NCBI GenBank assembly: GCA_043826565.1
Contig: JBDRPX010000023.1
Location: 5,758-69,757, forward strand
Source of the DNA: Candidatus Omnitrophota bacterium
GTDB taxonomy: Bacteria > Omnitrophota > Gorgyraeia > B26-G9
DNA length: 64,000 nt
Direction: 5' to 3'
In this document: positions 55,115 to 64,000 of the stretch, piece after piece
Layout of the letters: every line of letters begins with the position of its first letter
Position numbering within the stretch: position 1 is the first letter of the stretch
Notes under the pieces: model-generated
What the model saw: the letters and a program-made list of their open reading frames with translations, nothing else
Told to the model about the DNA's origin: nothing
Databases searched by the model: none
Made by a program: the position numbers and the translations under genes

Positions 55115-56087
55115 CAGTAATCGCCTCTAAATATGCACTGAACTTTTTTTCTGTATCGGAAAAATCAAAACTATTTCCGGAATCCGGCTGGGTCGGCAAG
55201 TAATACCAATCTTTTGACAACAACTGCATCCGCACACTCCACTTTTCATTTTTTATAAATTTAAAAATTAAATTAGCGGCATCAAAACATACCCCGGGGA
55301 TCTTTAATATCCGGGGATATTTCTTCTTATAAAAATAAAAATGGATCAAATCCGCTAACCTGCTTAAAGATATAGATTTTCTGTCGGCAATAATAAATAC
55401 ATTATTTTTCTTAATATCCGCAGTTAAAAAAAAGTTAAAGACCTCCGCCAACTTGTCCACATCAAGCAGATGAATCTTCACATCCCGAAAAGGCAAGACA
55501 AGCCTTTTTTTTCTTACTAAATCAACTAAGATCTTGGAAAAACCGTTATCTCCCTTACCGTAGACAATCGTCGGGCGGATAATAACGGCGTCCCGGCCTC
55601 TCTCTATATATTCCCGGACCTTTTGTTCTGCCAGCACCTTTGATTGATGGTACAAATTGTCCGGATTCAATGGGGTATTAATATCCGCCGGTACTACCGC
55701 AGGAATTGTTCCAAAAACTCCGACCGAACTGCAAAAAACAAATTTTTTCACCTTATGCTTATCTGCAGCTTCTAAAAGAAGCTGCGTACCGCGGACATTC
55801 ACCCGGTTATAATCATCCGGCCCCCCGGCTCCGGCGCCGCGCAATGCCGCGCAATGAATAATTGAAGAAAATGTGAACTTTTCAAAAATATCTTCAATTA
55901 CATCAGCCTCATAAAAGTTGCCTTCGCAAAGTATTACTCCGCTATTTTTGAGCGAATCAACATTCTTGTAATTTTCACTTTCCCTGACAATCGCCACCAC
56001 CGATTGCCCTTGAATAAGCAATCTTTCCACAACAGCAGACCCGATAAAACCAGTAGCTCCGGTAACTAAAATATGTTCCCTATCCAT
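55104..56087 (-). CDS. NAD-dependent epimerase/dehydratase family (extended SDR)
   Basis: 327 aa. VTGATGFIGSAVVERLL is the Rossmann motif. YHQSKVLAE is the YxxxK catalytic motif. Confidence 0.8.
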   Translation of the reverse strand: MDREHILVTGATGFIGSAVVERLLIQGQSVVAIVRESENYKNVDSLKNSGVILCEGNFYEADVIEDIFEKFTFSSIIHCAALRGAGAGGPDDYNRVNVRGTQLLLEAADKHKVKKFVFCSSVGVFGTIPAVVPADINTPLNPDNLYHQSKVLAEQKVREYIERGRDAVIIRPTIVYGKGDNGFSKILVDLVRKKRLVLPFRDVKIHLLDVDKLAEVFNFFLTADIKKNNVFIIADRKSISLSRLADLIHFYFYKKKYPRILKIPGVCFDAANLIFKFIKNEKWSVRMQLLSKDWYYLPTQPDSGNSFDFSDTEKKFSAYLEAITDEK

Positions 56088-56088
56088 G

Positions 56089-57177
56089 CTATTTCAACCT
56101 CAAAAAATTCCATCCCACACGGCCCAAAGTTCTCAGGTGATGTAAAATATTCGTGTAGCTGGCATTAGCTAAAGGACAATAACATTCTCTGTTTTTAATC
56201 CCCTGGCGCGCTTTATCGGCTTTTTCTGAAAACCATATCCTTTTAAAATCATAATCAACTGCTCTTAAATTACCTATAGGCTTAGCCGTTATACAACACA
56301 TCCAGACATCCCCATTAGGAGCAATTTGTGCCGAAGCAAAACCGGCAAAACACGGTATCACCTGAGAAGATTCCCGTAATATACGTTTTACTATTTGATA
56401 ATACTCTATACGAAATGCCCGGGTGATTTTCCCGACCTTACTAAAGTTACCGGTTTTTAATCTATGAATCAAAAAATCAACAGCTTTTACATAATCTTCA
56501 TAGTCCGGAGTTATGCCCAGGCCCATTGTCCCCAGTTCTTCCCGCTCTTCGGCAATTTCCGTTATATAGGAATCGGGATTAAGGGTACTTAGGTGATTAT
56601 ATATTTCCGGTATACGTAAAACATTAAACCGGGAAATAACAGTATGAATACCCACGGAAAGATTTGGCAAGTCCATCTTTTTCAATTCCGTAAATGTTTT
56701 TACCGCCTTTTCATAGCTTCCCGGAATTCCCCGGATAATATCATGCTTTCCCCCAATATCATCAATGGAGACATTGATCACTATCTGTGATTTCTTACAA
56801 TATTTAGCGATATTTCTGACTAACTCCGGGATCTTATCTACTAACAAACCATTTGTCGGGATATTGATTATTGCCGGAGAACAGTTATCGTACAAAGAAT
56901 AAACTATCTCTTCTACATCCTTCCGCAGAAACGGTTCCCCTCCGCTTATTGTCGCCCAAACAACAGTATTACCTATTTTTTTAAAAAGTTTTTCCCATTC
57001 CGGTGATGAAAATTCTTCACAATCTTTATTATAAATATTGCAGGTTTGGCAGCGGGAATTACATTTATAACTGACACTGAGGGTAAGATTCAGGGGAAGC
57101 TTACGCGGCCGGTTAAACAAACGAAAAAAATAGTATCCCGGAATTTTTGAAATTACTTTCAGCATATTTATTTCCAC
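56089..57177 (-). CDS. Radical SAM protein with C-terminal SPASM/twitch-like cysteine-rich domain
   Basis: 362 aa. The radical SAM cluster is YKCNSRCQTCNIY. The SAM-binding motif ISGGEPF is present. The C-terminus carries CFAGF...GDVWMCC...ECYCPLAN auxiliary-cluster cysteines. Confidence 0.7.
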   Translation of the reverse strand: MEINMLKVISKIPGYYFFRLFNRPRKLPLNLTLSVSYKCNSRCQTCNIYNKDCEEFSSPEWEKLFKKIGNTVVWATISGGEPFLRKDVEEIVYSLYDNCSPAIINIPTNGLLVDKIPELVRNIAKYCKKSQIVINVSIDDIGGKHDIIRGIPGSYEKAVKTFTELKKMDLPNLSVGIHTVISRFNVLRIPEIYNHLSTLNPDSYITEIAEEREELGTMGLGITPDYEDYVKAVDFLIHRLKTGNFSKVGKITRAFRIEYYQIVKRILRESSQVIPCFAGFASAQIAPNGDVWMCCITAKPIGNLRAVDYDFKRIWFSEKADKARQGIKNRECYCPLANASYTNILHHLRTLGRVGWNFLRLK

Positions 57178-58055
57178 TTCTTAGTTGAAGGGGAAATTTC
57201 CCAGATGAAGGGATTGTTCTTACGAATATAGAAATCATAATATCCAAGAAACCGGCTATAAATCTCTAAACATATAGCTCCCACAGCCCACATATTCTTT
57301 TTCATATCCCTCCAATATTTTTTCTTCAAGATAAGTTCAAACATGCTTCTTGTCGGATTCTGGGTGCTTACTTTGTAGTGTTGTGTCTTCATCAAATATT
57401 TATGTCCGGCGGCAATTCTTCTTCTTTGTCTAACAAAATCACGGATTGTCTCCGGTCCTTTATTATGAACAATAGCGTCCGCGACATAAGCTAGGGTATA
57501 TCCTTTATTCCTTACAATAGCTTCAATACTTGCTTCATCTACTGCCGTGTCATAAGGTATAGCCTTGACAAAACTTCTAAACGCCACCAATTCGCCTAAC
57601 TTTGGGGTTATCAGGGCTACTTGATGATGTTTCAACCAAAGGAAATGAACCGTAAAACCGATAAATGTATCCGGAGAATTCACCGGGATAGGATGGGCGC
57701 CGGTCATCCCTATAGAAGGATCTTTAAACGGCGCAACCAGTTTATTATAAGTTTCCGGATCCGGGATTGTATCGGCACTTTCCAAAATAAATATTTCACC
57801 GGCAGCTTCCGCAAGGAAAAGATTTATTGCCGATGCTTTTCCCTGCCTTGTGGTCTGAGAAATCAATCTGATGCGATTGTCTTTTTCCATAAAAGTACGG
57901 ACAATATTTTCAGTATTGTCTGTGCATCCGGAAGCTACAACAATAATTTCCGCAAAAAAAACATCAGTAAATTCCTGGGCTAATACTGCCTCCAGCAAGC
58001 GGCCGATATTGCCTTCCTCATTATAAGCCATTATTCCTAAAGATACTTTAGTCAT
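57168..58055 (-). CDS. Glycosyltransferase family 2
   Basis: 295 aa. VSLGIMAYNEEGNI...EIIVVASGCTDNT...LESADTIP match GT2. Confidence 0.7.
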   Translation of the reverse strand: MTKVSLGIMAYNEEGNIGRLLEAVLAQEFTDVFFAEIIVVASGCTDNTENIVRTFMEKDNRIRLISQTTRQGKASAINLFLAEAAGEIFILESADTIPDPETYNKLVAPFKDPSIGMTGAHPIPVNSPDTFIGFTVHFLWLKHHQVALITPKLGELVAFRSFVKAIPYDTAVDEASIEAIVRNKGYTLAYVADAIVHNKGPETIRDFVRQRRRIAAGHKYLMKTQHYKVSTQNPTRSMFELILKKKYWRDMKKNMWAVGAICLEIYSRFLGYYDFYIRKNNPFIWEISPSTKKWK

Positions 58056-58834
58056 TATTCGTCTGAATTTTGCGAACTATTGGATACAAACTCGTCATAA
58101 TCTTTAAAGAAATACGACAAATGCTTAATAATTTTTGTAATTGGCGCACGAAAGCGTAAAGTAATCCAGAACGCTTCCCTGACAACTTTGCGCGATATTT
58201 TAGAATAACCGTGTTTTCTCTCTTTAAAAATAATCGGTATTTCGTGAACACTGAATTTATTTTTAAATGTCAAATAGATCATCTCTATCTGAAAAGCATA
58301 TCCGTCTGATTTTATACTATCAAGATCAATAGTTTCCAATACCTTACGACGATAACATCTATAGCCGGCAGTAAAATCCCAAACCGGACGAACCATTATA
58401 TAGGAAACATACATGTTCGCAAATTTACTAAGCAAAAGCCTCCGGAATTTCCACCCCTCTACCCTTACACCGTCTACATACCTGCTGCCGATAACTAAAT
58501 CATACTTCTTGGCTGCCTCGAGGAAATCCTCCAAATACTTAGGATCATGGGAAAAATCCGCGTCTATCTCAAAAATCAGGTCAGCGCCCTTTGCCAAGGC
58601 TTCCTTAAACCCCCGAACATAAGCCGTACCTAATCCCATTTTTTCAGAACGATGCACCACATTTATTCGGGAATCCTGTTTTGCCAGTTCATCAGCAATA
58701 TCTCCTGTACCATCAGGAGAACTATCATCAACTATAATTAGATTAAATTCAGGCTGAAGTGTAAAAATCTGTTTAATAAGCTCCTCGAGATTTTTAGCTT
58801 CATTATATGTAGGGATAACCGCAAATACTTTCAT
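58055..58834 (-). CDS. Polyprenol-monophosphate (dolichyl-phosphate-type) sugar synthase, DPM1/Ppm1-like GT2
   Basis: 259 aa. KVFAVIPTYNEAKNLEELI...LIIVDDSSPDGTGDIADELAKQ...EIDADFSHDP is the DPM1 signature set. Confidence 0.85.
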   Translation of the reverse strand: MKVFAVIPTYNEAKNLEELIKQIFTLQPEFNLIIVDDSSPDGTGDIADELAKQDSRINVVHRSEKMGLGTAYVRGFKEALAKGADLIFEIDADFSHDPKYLEDFLEAAKKYDLVIGSRYVDGVRVEGWKFRRLLLSKFANMYVSYIMVRPVWDFTAGYRCYRRKVLETIDLDSIKSDGYAFQIEMIYLTFKNKFSVHEIPIIFKERKHGYSKISRKVVREAFWITLRFRAPITKIIKHLSYFFKDYDEFVSNSSQNSDE

Positions 58835-59060
58835 ATAAAATTCTCACTTTTTTTTATTAACATATTGCAAGTATTTATCTTAACTATTTTACCGCACATC
58901 CCGCAACGGGACAAGTAGTTTTAAAATATATCATAATTTCCCATAAGTTGCAAATATGCCCTCAATTTATCTTACGATTTTTTCACCAATTTTCACTATT
59001 TAAATCGCAACATATTAATAATAAAGTAGTTACAGATAAATCATCTCCTAATCAATAATC

Positions 59061-59088
59061 GTTGAAATTACTCCGGAATATGCTATAA
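59061..59088 (+). promoter_or_regulatory. Candidate sigma70-type promoter for the plus-strand gene (TTGAAA-16nt-TATAAT)
   Basis: TTGAAA and TATAAT hexamers have a 16-nt spacer. A GGAG RBS lies about 6 nt before the ATG of the 59109 ORF. Confidence 0.4.
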
Positions 59089-59108
59089 TTCTTGAAGATG
59101 GAGATACG

Positions 59109-59468
59109 ATGAGGAAAGTTAAAAAAATAAAATTTTTAGTGATAACAATAATCATATTTTTTTGCTGCAAATTGACGACTTGTTATAGTCAAACTTGTAC
59201 CAAGACTTCTCTTCCTGATACAACTGAAGATTATCTCAGTAATCATAGTGACACTGACAAAGAAGAACTCGACTTTTTCACAGACAGCATTACCGACAAG
59301 CCCAAAGAAATTCCTGTGTCCGAGACAAGCAAACAAGACTGGGATATCATGCCGGAAATTATCGGCAGAGATATAATAAAACAAGAATTAGGCAGCAATG
59401 ACGTTAATACAGAGAAACACGAACTATTCCTAAAAAAGTGGAACCTTCGTAACCGGTATAGAAAATAG
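59109..59468 (+). CDS. Small hypothetical secreted/lipoprotein-like protein
   Basis: 119 aa. The N-terminal positively charged region and hydrophobic stretch (VITIIIFFCCKLTTC) suggest a signal/lipobox-like sequence. It is the only convincing plus-strand gene. It has its own promoter-like hexamers and RBS. Confidence 0.35.
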   Translation: MRKVKKIKFLVITIIIFFCCKLTTCYSQTCTKTSLPDTTEDYLSNHSDTDKEELDFFTDSITDKPKEIPVSETSKQDWDIMPEIIGRDIIKQELGSNDVNTEKHELFLKKWNLRNRYRK

Positions 59469-59473
59469 CCTAA

Positions 59474-60868
59474 TCAAGCCAATAAGTCATCAACAATACT
59501 TTTACTAATAAGACCTTTTTCAAACAGCTCTTCCGCGGAGCGGTGTATTGAGCGCATTCCATACTCAGTATCTTCTTTAATAATCGAATTCAGTTTTTCT
59601 AAAAACCCCTCTTTTATCGCCTGGGAAACTTTCGGGCTGTTGATCAAAATTTCCGCTGCCGGCACACGCTGATCTTTATTAATTTTTTGCGGCAATAATG
59701 CCTGTGTAATAACACCCTGTAAACATTCCGCGATCATCCCCCTTATATCGGCACGCTTGCCCTCCGGGAACAAGTCAATCATCCTTCTCAAAGCATTGCC
59801 CGAATCAGAAGCACAAACAATGACAAAAACCAGGCATCCGTTTAATGCCGCATCTAATATTGATTTGGCTGTCTGCCAATCCGGCATTTGGCTGACCACA
59901 ATTACATCAGCATCTTGCCGTAAGGATTGTTTTATTGCTGAAGAAAAAGATTCCCCGTTAGTTATTTCCTTCTGCCGCACTACCGCTTGATTTGAAGCAT
60001 ACATATGTTCAATCGGCTGCTCAAAAGACATGATCACACATGAACGCTGCGCACTAATTTTATTTATTAAAGAAGAAGCAGTAGTTGATTTTCCCGAACC
60101 GGGAATGCCGGAAATTATAACAAGCCCGGATTTTCTCTCGGTAAATCTCGTCACAACATCAGGTAATAACAGTTCCGGCAAATCAGGAATTGACGACGAA
60201 ATCAAATGCAGGACTGCTTCTACTCCATTTTTTGAATTAAAAACACTTAATCGAAAACGAAACATATCCGCGATACTAACTACTACAACTAAAAAAGAAT
60301 CCTTAATGAACTGTTTTTTTTGCTCTTTACTCAAGACACTGTAGATCATTTTTTCAATATCTTCTTTGCCCAAAGCCTCCCCCTTAGATGCGATAAGCTC
60401 GGAGCCTTTTCTAAACAAAGGAGGATGTCCAAAAGAAAAATGAATATCGGAAGCTTTCTGATCAAATGCCTCTTTCAACAAACTACTTATATCTATTTGC
60501 TCAATTGCGTGTTGAAGCAAAACTCTTTGATTATCCGCAATTTGCGTAATTGCCGCAGCTACTCCATAAATCTCTCCCACCTGAATTTCTTCAGCTCGGA
60601 CAATCCTGGCTTTAAGTAATACCGGCGAGGGAAAAGACGACGCATTTAACTTAACTTCCAGGATTGTATTTAACCCGAGCGGATAATATGTCTCAAAATA
60701 AATACCGGCAGCACTTATATTTTTGGTCAGAGACTTATTCCATTCTGTATCACTGCCGTCTTCCTGAACCGCTCTGTATTCCATTGTCAGCTCACTAGCT
60801 ACACGATAATGACGCCGTCGGTCATCCCAACTCTTGTGATTATCTGTTTCCTTTTTAAACATCCGCAT
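59474..60868 (-). CDS. PilT/PilU-family type IV pilus retraction-like ATPase with N-terminal PilZ domain
   Basis: 464 aa. PilZ motifs are RRRHYR...NISAAGIYF. The PilT-like core carries ASDIHFSFGHPPLFRKG, Walker A GIPGSGKSTT and the Asp box/His box region. Confidence 0.7.
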   Translation of the reverse strand: MRMFKKETDNHKSWDDRRRHYRVASELTMEYRAVQEDGSDTEWNKSLTKNISAAGIYFETYYPLGLNTILEVKLNASSFPSPVLLKARIVRAEEIQVGEIYGVAAAITQIADNQRVLLQHAIEQIDISSLLKEAFDQKASDIHFSFGHPPLFRKGSELIASKGEALGKEDIEKMIYSVLSKEQKKQFIKDSFLVVVVSIADMFRFRLSVFNSKNGVEAVLHLISSSIPDLPELLLPDVVTRFTERKSGLVIISGIPGSGKSTTASSLINKISAQRSCVIMSFEQPIEHMYASNQAVVRQKEITNGESFSSAIKQSLRQDADVIVVSQMPDWQTAKSILDAALNGCLVFVIVCASDSGNALRRMIDLFPEGKRADIRGMIAECLQGVITQALLPQKINKDQRVPAAEILINSPKVSQAIKEGFLEKLNSIIKEDTEYGMRSIHRSAEELFEKGLISKSIVDDLLA

Positions 60869-61196
60869 GCCTCCTCATGAAAAACGTTTTCTCAAAATCC
60901 AGTAATTCCTTTTTGAATTGTGTTCCCAAAGAGTATCCTCCCAAATTACCTCCGCAAGCTACCACCCGATGGCAGGGAATCAATAATGGTAAGGGGTTTT
61001 TCTTAAGTGCTTGTCCCACAGCACGCTGCGCATTCGGATGTCCAATACGTTCAGCCACCCATTTGTAGGTTCTAACTTGTCCGGGCTTTATTTCACAAGC
61101 CGCTTTTAATACTGCTTTTTCAAAAGGTGTACAGCTATTTAATATGATATCAATACTTTTTCCAATATTCAACGATATTCTTTGCGGTTTTTGCAT
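60855..61196 (-). CDS. Methylated-DNA-[protein]-cysteine S-methyltransferase family (MGMT/Ogt DNA-binding domain)
   Basis: 113 aa. The PCHRV active-site motif appears in LIPCHRVVACGGNLGGYSLG. Confidence 0.8.
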   Translation of the reverse strand: MQKPQRISLNIGKSIDIILNSCTPFEKAVLKAACEIKPGQVRTYKWVAERIGHPNAQRAVGQALKKNPLPLLIPCHRVVACGGNLGGYSLGTQFKKELLDFEKTFFMRRHADV

Positions 61197-62553
61197 CGAT
61201 TCCCCTTATTTGGGTTAGCTTTACTGTCGTAAGCCTCTTTAACGCAGTAGGATTATTAAAAAACTCGCGTAATAATTTTCGCTTTTTGGGACCTATACCG
61301 GGGATTTGATCAAGCGCAGAAAGGAGCATTTCTCTTTTTCTTAAGACCCGATGATATGATACCGCAAAGCGATGCGCCTCATCACGGATTCTCATTATTA
61401 ATAATAATGCTTTAGAGCGCCTTGCCAGCGCCAGCGGCTTACCCTGCCACTGCACATAAATATGCTCAAATCGTTTAGCAATACTAATAATCGGGATAGA
61501 AACTCCGGATTTTAAAAGAGCGCTGCCGGCACATTCTAAATGCCCTTTTCCCCCATCGATAAGAATTAAATCCGGTAATTCAAGATCATCCCGAAGCCGT
61601 CCCTGATATCGTCTGGTTACCACTTCTTTGATCATCGCATAATCATTAATTCCCCGAACTGTTTTTATTCTAAACCGGCGATATTTATCTTTTTGTGCGT
61701 ATCCATTTTTAAACCGAACCATCGAACCGACTGCTTCAGCCCCGGATACATTAGAAATATCAAATCCTTCAATAATGTCCGGTAATCGTTTAAGCCGGAG
61801 GATATTCTGCAACTCCTCAAGCGGAGATCCACCGGCAATACGCGAATGGGGAAACCTACTCACTGAACTTAAACTCTCAATCTCATCACGCAACCGGGCC
61901 GCTTCTTCAAAGTTATGAAGTTGAGAAGCCTGAGACATCTCCTGAAGCAGTTTCTTCATTAATATCGCTTTTTTCCCTTGTAAAAAAAGCAAAACATTAT
62001 CAACAACCCGATCGTATTCTTTCTTAGTAACACTGCCAATACACGGGCCTAAACACTGCTTAAGATGATAATTTAAGCAAAGTGAACCCGGCATAACTTT
62101 ACACGTTCGCAAGGGAAATATTCTTCTCATAAAGGCCAGCGCCTGGTGCAAAAGACGCGCCGAAGTATACGGCCCGAAATAACGTGCCCCGTCATTCTTC
62201 TTTCTCCGAACAACAAGCAATCGTGGAAAATTTTCACGGATAGTCAATTTTAACAGCGGATAAGATTTGTCATCCTTAATTGCGGTATTATATTTAGGTC
62301 TATGCTCTTTAATCAATCCGGCTTCTAAGATCAGCGCTTCGGCCTCAGAACAAGTAGTAACAAAATCCAAATCATTGATTTTACAAACCAGCGCTTGCTG
62401 CTTAATAGTTTTTACCGAAGAAGTAAAATATGAGCTAACCCGCTTTTTTAATGAAGAAGCCTTCCCGATATAAATTATTTTATCGGAAACATCTTTCATT
62501 AAATATACACCCGGCCCATCCGGAAGTGTTTTAATCTTTTCTTTCAAATTCAT
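61150..62553 (-). CDS. uvrC: Excinuclease ABC subunit C (compact form)
   Basis: 467 aa. The GIY-YIG N-terminus is PGVYLMKDVSDKIIYIGKASSLKKRVSSYF. A UVR domain (EEAARLRDEIESL) follows. The C-terminus has (HhH)2 (IPGIGPKKRKLL...IRGIDAKTAKNIVEY). Confidence 0.8.
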   Translation of the reverse strand: MNLKEKIKTLPDGPGVYLMKDVSDKIIYIGKASSLKKRVSSYFTSSVKTIKQQALVCKINDLDFVTTCSEAEALILEAGLIKEHRPKYNTAIKDDKSYPLLKLTIRENFPRLLVVRRKKNDGARYFGPYTSARLLHQALAFMRRIFPLRTCKVMPGSLCLNYHLKQCLGPCIGSVTKKEYDRVVDNVLLFLQGKKAILMKKLLQEMSQASQLHNFEEAARLRDEIESLSSVSRFPHSRIAGGSPLEELQNILRLKRLPDIIEGFDISNVSGAEAVGSMVRFKNGYAQKDKYRRFRIKTVRGINDYAMIKEVVTRRYQGRLRDDLELPDLILIDGGKGHLECAGSALLKSGVSIPIISIAKRFEHIYVQWQGKPLALARRSKALLLIMRIRDEAHRFAVSYHRVLRKREMLLSALDQIPGIGPKKRKLLREFFNNPTALKRLTTVKLTQIRGIDAKTAKNIVEYWKKY

Positions 62554-64000
62554 ATTTTAAATGTAATTCTTGAAATATTCCGAGAAACCAGCCAAACAGC
62601 ATATAAAATATTACCCCCAGAGCAATGGCCATAACCAACCCCACCCAGTCCTTCAGAAAACCGGCAAAAAAATTATAGCTATACCAGCAAATGACGCCCA
62701 TAATTACAGACAGGCTAACCGTAATAACCGCACTTCGTGTCAGTCTTTTAAACCTGATTCTTCCAATCTTTTTCTGCAAACAAGATAAAAGTATGAAAAA
62801 ATTAACAATTGAAGAAACCGATGTCGCTAAAGCCAGCCCTCCGGCTTTTAGCGGTCCCATAAAAGCAATGTTTAGAACTATGTTTAGCAACAAACATACC
62901 AGAGTAATCTTTACCGGAGTAAACGTATCTTTCAAAGCATAAAAACAAGTTGTTATAACCTTTACTCCGCTATAGGCAAATAGACCAACGCAATAAAAAA
63001 GAAGTGCCTCCGCCGTCATCTGCGCGGCAATATTATCAAATTGCCCGCGCTTAAAAACAATATTAATGATCGGCGCTGATAAAACCATAAGTCCCATAGC
63101 TGAAGGAACAAGAAAAATCATCATCGCTCGTAAGGAAAAAACCAGGGTCTTTTTTAAATTATCAAAATCATTTGCTGCTGCCTGATGCGACATCGTCGGC
63201 AAACAGACTGTCGCCATAGATGTCCCGAATATTCCGGTAGGAAACTGGATCAACCGCGTACCCAAATATAGCGCCACCACTGCCCCTTCACCGACAATAT
63301 ATCCTAAACTGGCAAACATTGTATCCACAAAAATACTGAGCTGATAAATACTGGATCCCACCATCCTCGGGACAAGCAAAGTTCCAATTTTTTTAGCCGC
63401 CGGATGGAATAATGTAGCCGGTAAATGCAATCTAAAACCTTTTTTAATAAGTACGGGTATTTGCACCGCCAACTGAAAGAACCCGCCGATCAATACGGCA
63501 TAGGCCATTCCGAGAATCGGCTCATCCATTCGCCGACAAACCGTCAGCCCGAAAATGATCATAATAATATTCAAAAAACAAGAAGACGCCGCGGATATAG
63601 CAAAATGCTTTAAAGTATGCAAGACCCCCATTACATATGCCGCCAAGCCGATAAAAACAATAAATGAAAACATTATTCTGGTAAGTTTTACCGTAAGCGC
63701 AAATTTTGCCGCATCATGGACAAACCCAAAAGCAATTATTCTCACAATAAACGGAGACAGGACAACACCTAAAATCGCAATAGCGGTAAGCACGATTGAA
63801 AAAATCACAAACAAGAGACTAGTCAGTTCCCATAATTCCTTTTTATCTTTTTTCACCGCGAATTCGCTTAATACCGGAATAACCGCGGCATTCGTTGCCC
63901 CCTCTCCAACCAAATTTCGCAAGGTATTAGGAATACGAAAAGCAACGACAAATGCCTGCGCCGCCATTTTCGTTCCAAACAGGTAGGCTATAATAATATC
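62531..64000 (-). CDS. murJ: Lipid II flippase MurJ (MviN), N-terminus beyond window end
   Basis: The ORF continues upstream of the listed Met. The minus-strand translation of 63968-64000 reads ...DIIIAYLFGTK. FVVAFRIPNTLRNLVGEGATNAAVIPVLSE is the MurJ signature. Confidence 0.85.
   Translation of the reverse strand, partial: DIIIAYLFGTKMAAQAFVVAFRIPNTLRNLVGEGATNAAVIPVLSEFAVKKDKKELWELTSLLFVIFSIVLTAIAILGVVLSPFIVRIIAFGFVHDAAKFALTVKLTRIMFSFIVFIGLAAYVMGVLHTLKHFAISAASSCFLNIIMIIFGLTVCRRMDEPILGMAYAVLIGGFFQLAVQIPVLIKKGFRLHLPATLFHPAAKKIGTLLVPRMVGSSIYQLSIFVDTMFASLGYIVGEGAVVALYLGTRLIQFPTGIFGTSMATVCLPTMSHQAAANDFDNLKKTLVFSLRAMMIFLVPSAMGLMVLSAPIINIVFKRGQFDNIAAQMTAEALLFYCVGLFAYSGVKVITTCFYALKDTFTPVKITLVCLLLNIVLNIAFMGPLKAGGLALATSVSSIVNFFILLSCLQKKIGRIRFKRLTRSAVITVSLSVIMGVICWYSYNFFAGFLKDWVGLVMAIALGVIFYMLFGWFLGIFQELHLKYEFERKD

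Noticed and set aside
58048-58251. 67-aa minus-strand ORF overlapping the junction of the GT2 and DPM1-like genes
   Set aside because: It is in an alternative frame across two well-supported genes. It has a basic, low-complexity sequence and is not a real gene.
1-64000. Mobile genetic element / genomic island explanation for the accessory genes (transposases, integrases, tRNA-adjacent insertion)
   Set aside because: No transposase, integrase, recombinase or tRNA gene was recognised. No terminal inverted repeats of an IS are present. Apart from the small GC-rich repeats the composition looks uniform and AT-rich.

Overview
This 64 kb window is AT-rich bacterial DNA in which nearly every gene lies on the minus strand. 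Features that point to a Gram-negative-type cell are Wza, MurJ, a PilT-like ATPase and the MEP-pathway gene dxs. Minus-strand genes run without a break from about 58.8 kb down to position 1. A single 234-bp gap at 29487-29720 splits them into two very large biosynthetic gene arrays.

Array 1 (29486 down to 1) is a Wza / Wzc-type polysaccharide export and assembly locus. It carries a nucleotide-sugar dehydrogenase, two epimerases, an RmlC-like cupin and GT1, GT2 and GT4 transferases. It also carries a Wzx flippase, an O-antigen-ligase/Wzy-like protein, a CE4 deacetylase and an APH-like kinase. An unusual modification block sits inside it: an AsnB-type amidotransferase, an N-acetyl-sugar amidotransferase, an AMP-ligase with a small carrier protein, and two tandem divergent pairs of ATP-grasp plus FemAB-like (PF13480-type) acyltransferase genes. 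This gene set matches the inventory of PEP-CTERM / exosortase-associated EPS loci, but no exosortase or priming transferase is visible in the window. Three divergent four-helix-bundle genes (the family known from 23S rRNA intervening sequences) are inserted between genes of this operon, each bracketed by GC-rich imperfect inverted repeats.

Array 2 (58834 down to 29721) combines lipid-linked glycosylation genes with isoprenoid genes. The glycosylation genes are a DPM1-like synthase, a GtrB-like GT2 with a LAB_N small protein and a GT-C transferase, several GT2 enzymes, a second Wzx, methyltransferases and a radical-SAM/SPASM enzyme. The isoprenoid genes are dxs, idi, a UbiA-family prenyltransferase, and a polyprenyl-synthase homolog in which both Asp-rich motifs are degenerate. 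A CrtI/CrtD-like desaturase, a CrtC/AttH-like protein and a geranylgeranyl-reductase-like flavoprotein sit alongside them. Two adjacent B12-binding radical SAM enzymes next to a PEP-synthase-like phosphotransferase complete the array.

The 3' end of the window (59-64 kb) is housekeeping: a PilZ-PilT-like ATPase, MGMT, UvrC and a partial MurJ. No rRNA, tRNA, CRISPR, transposase or integrase was recognised. All product calls come from motif recognition by eye and need HMM or structure confirmation.
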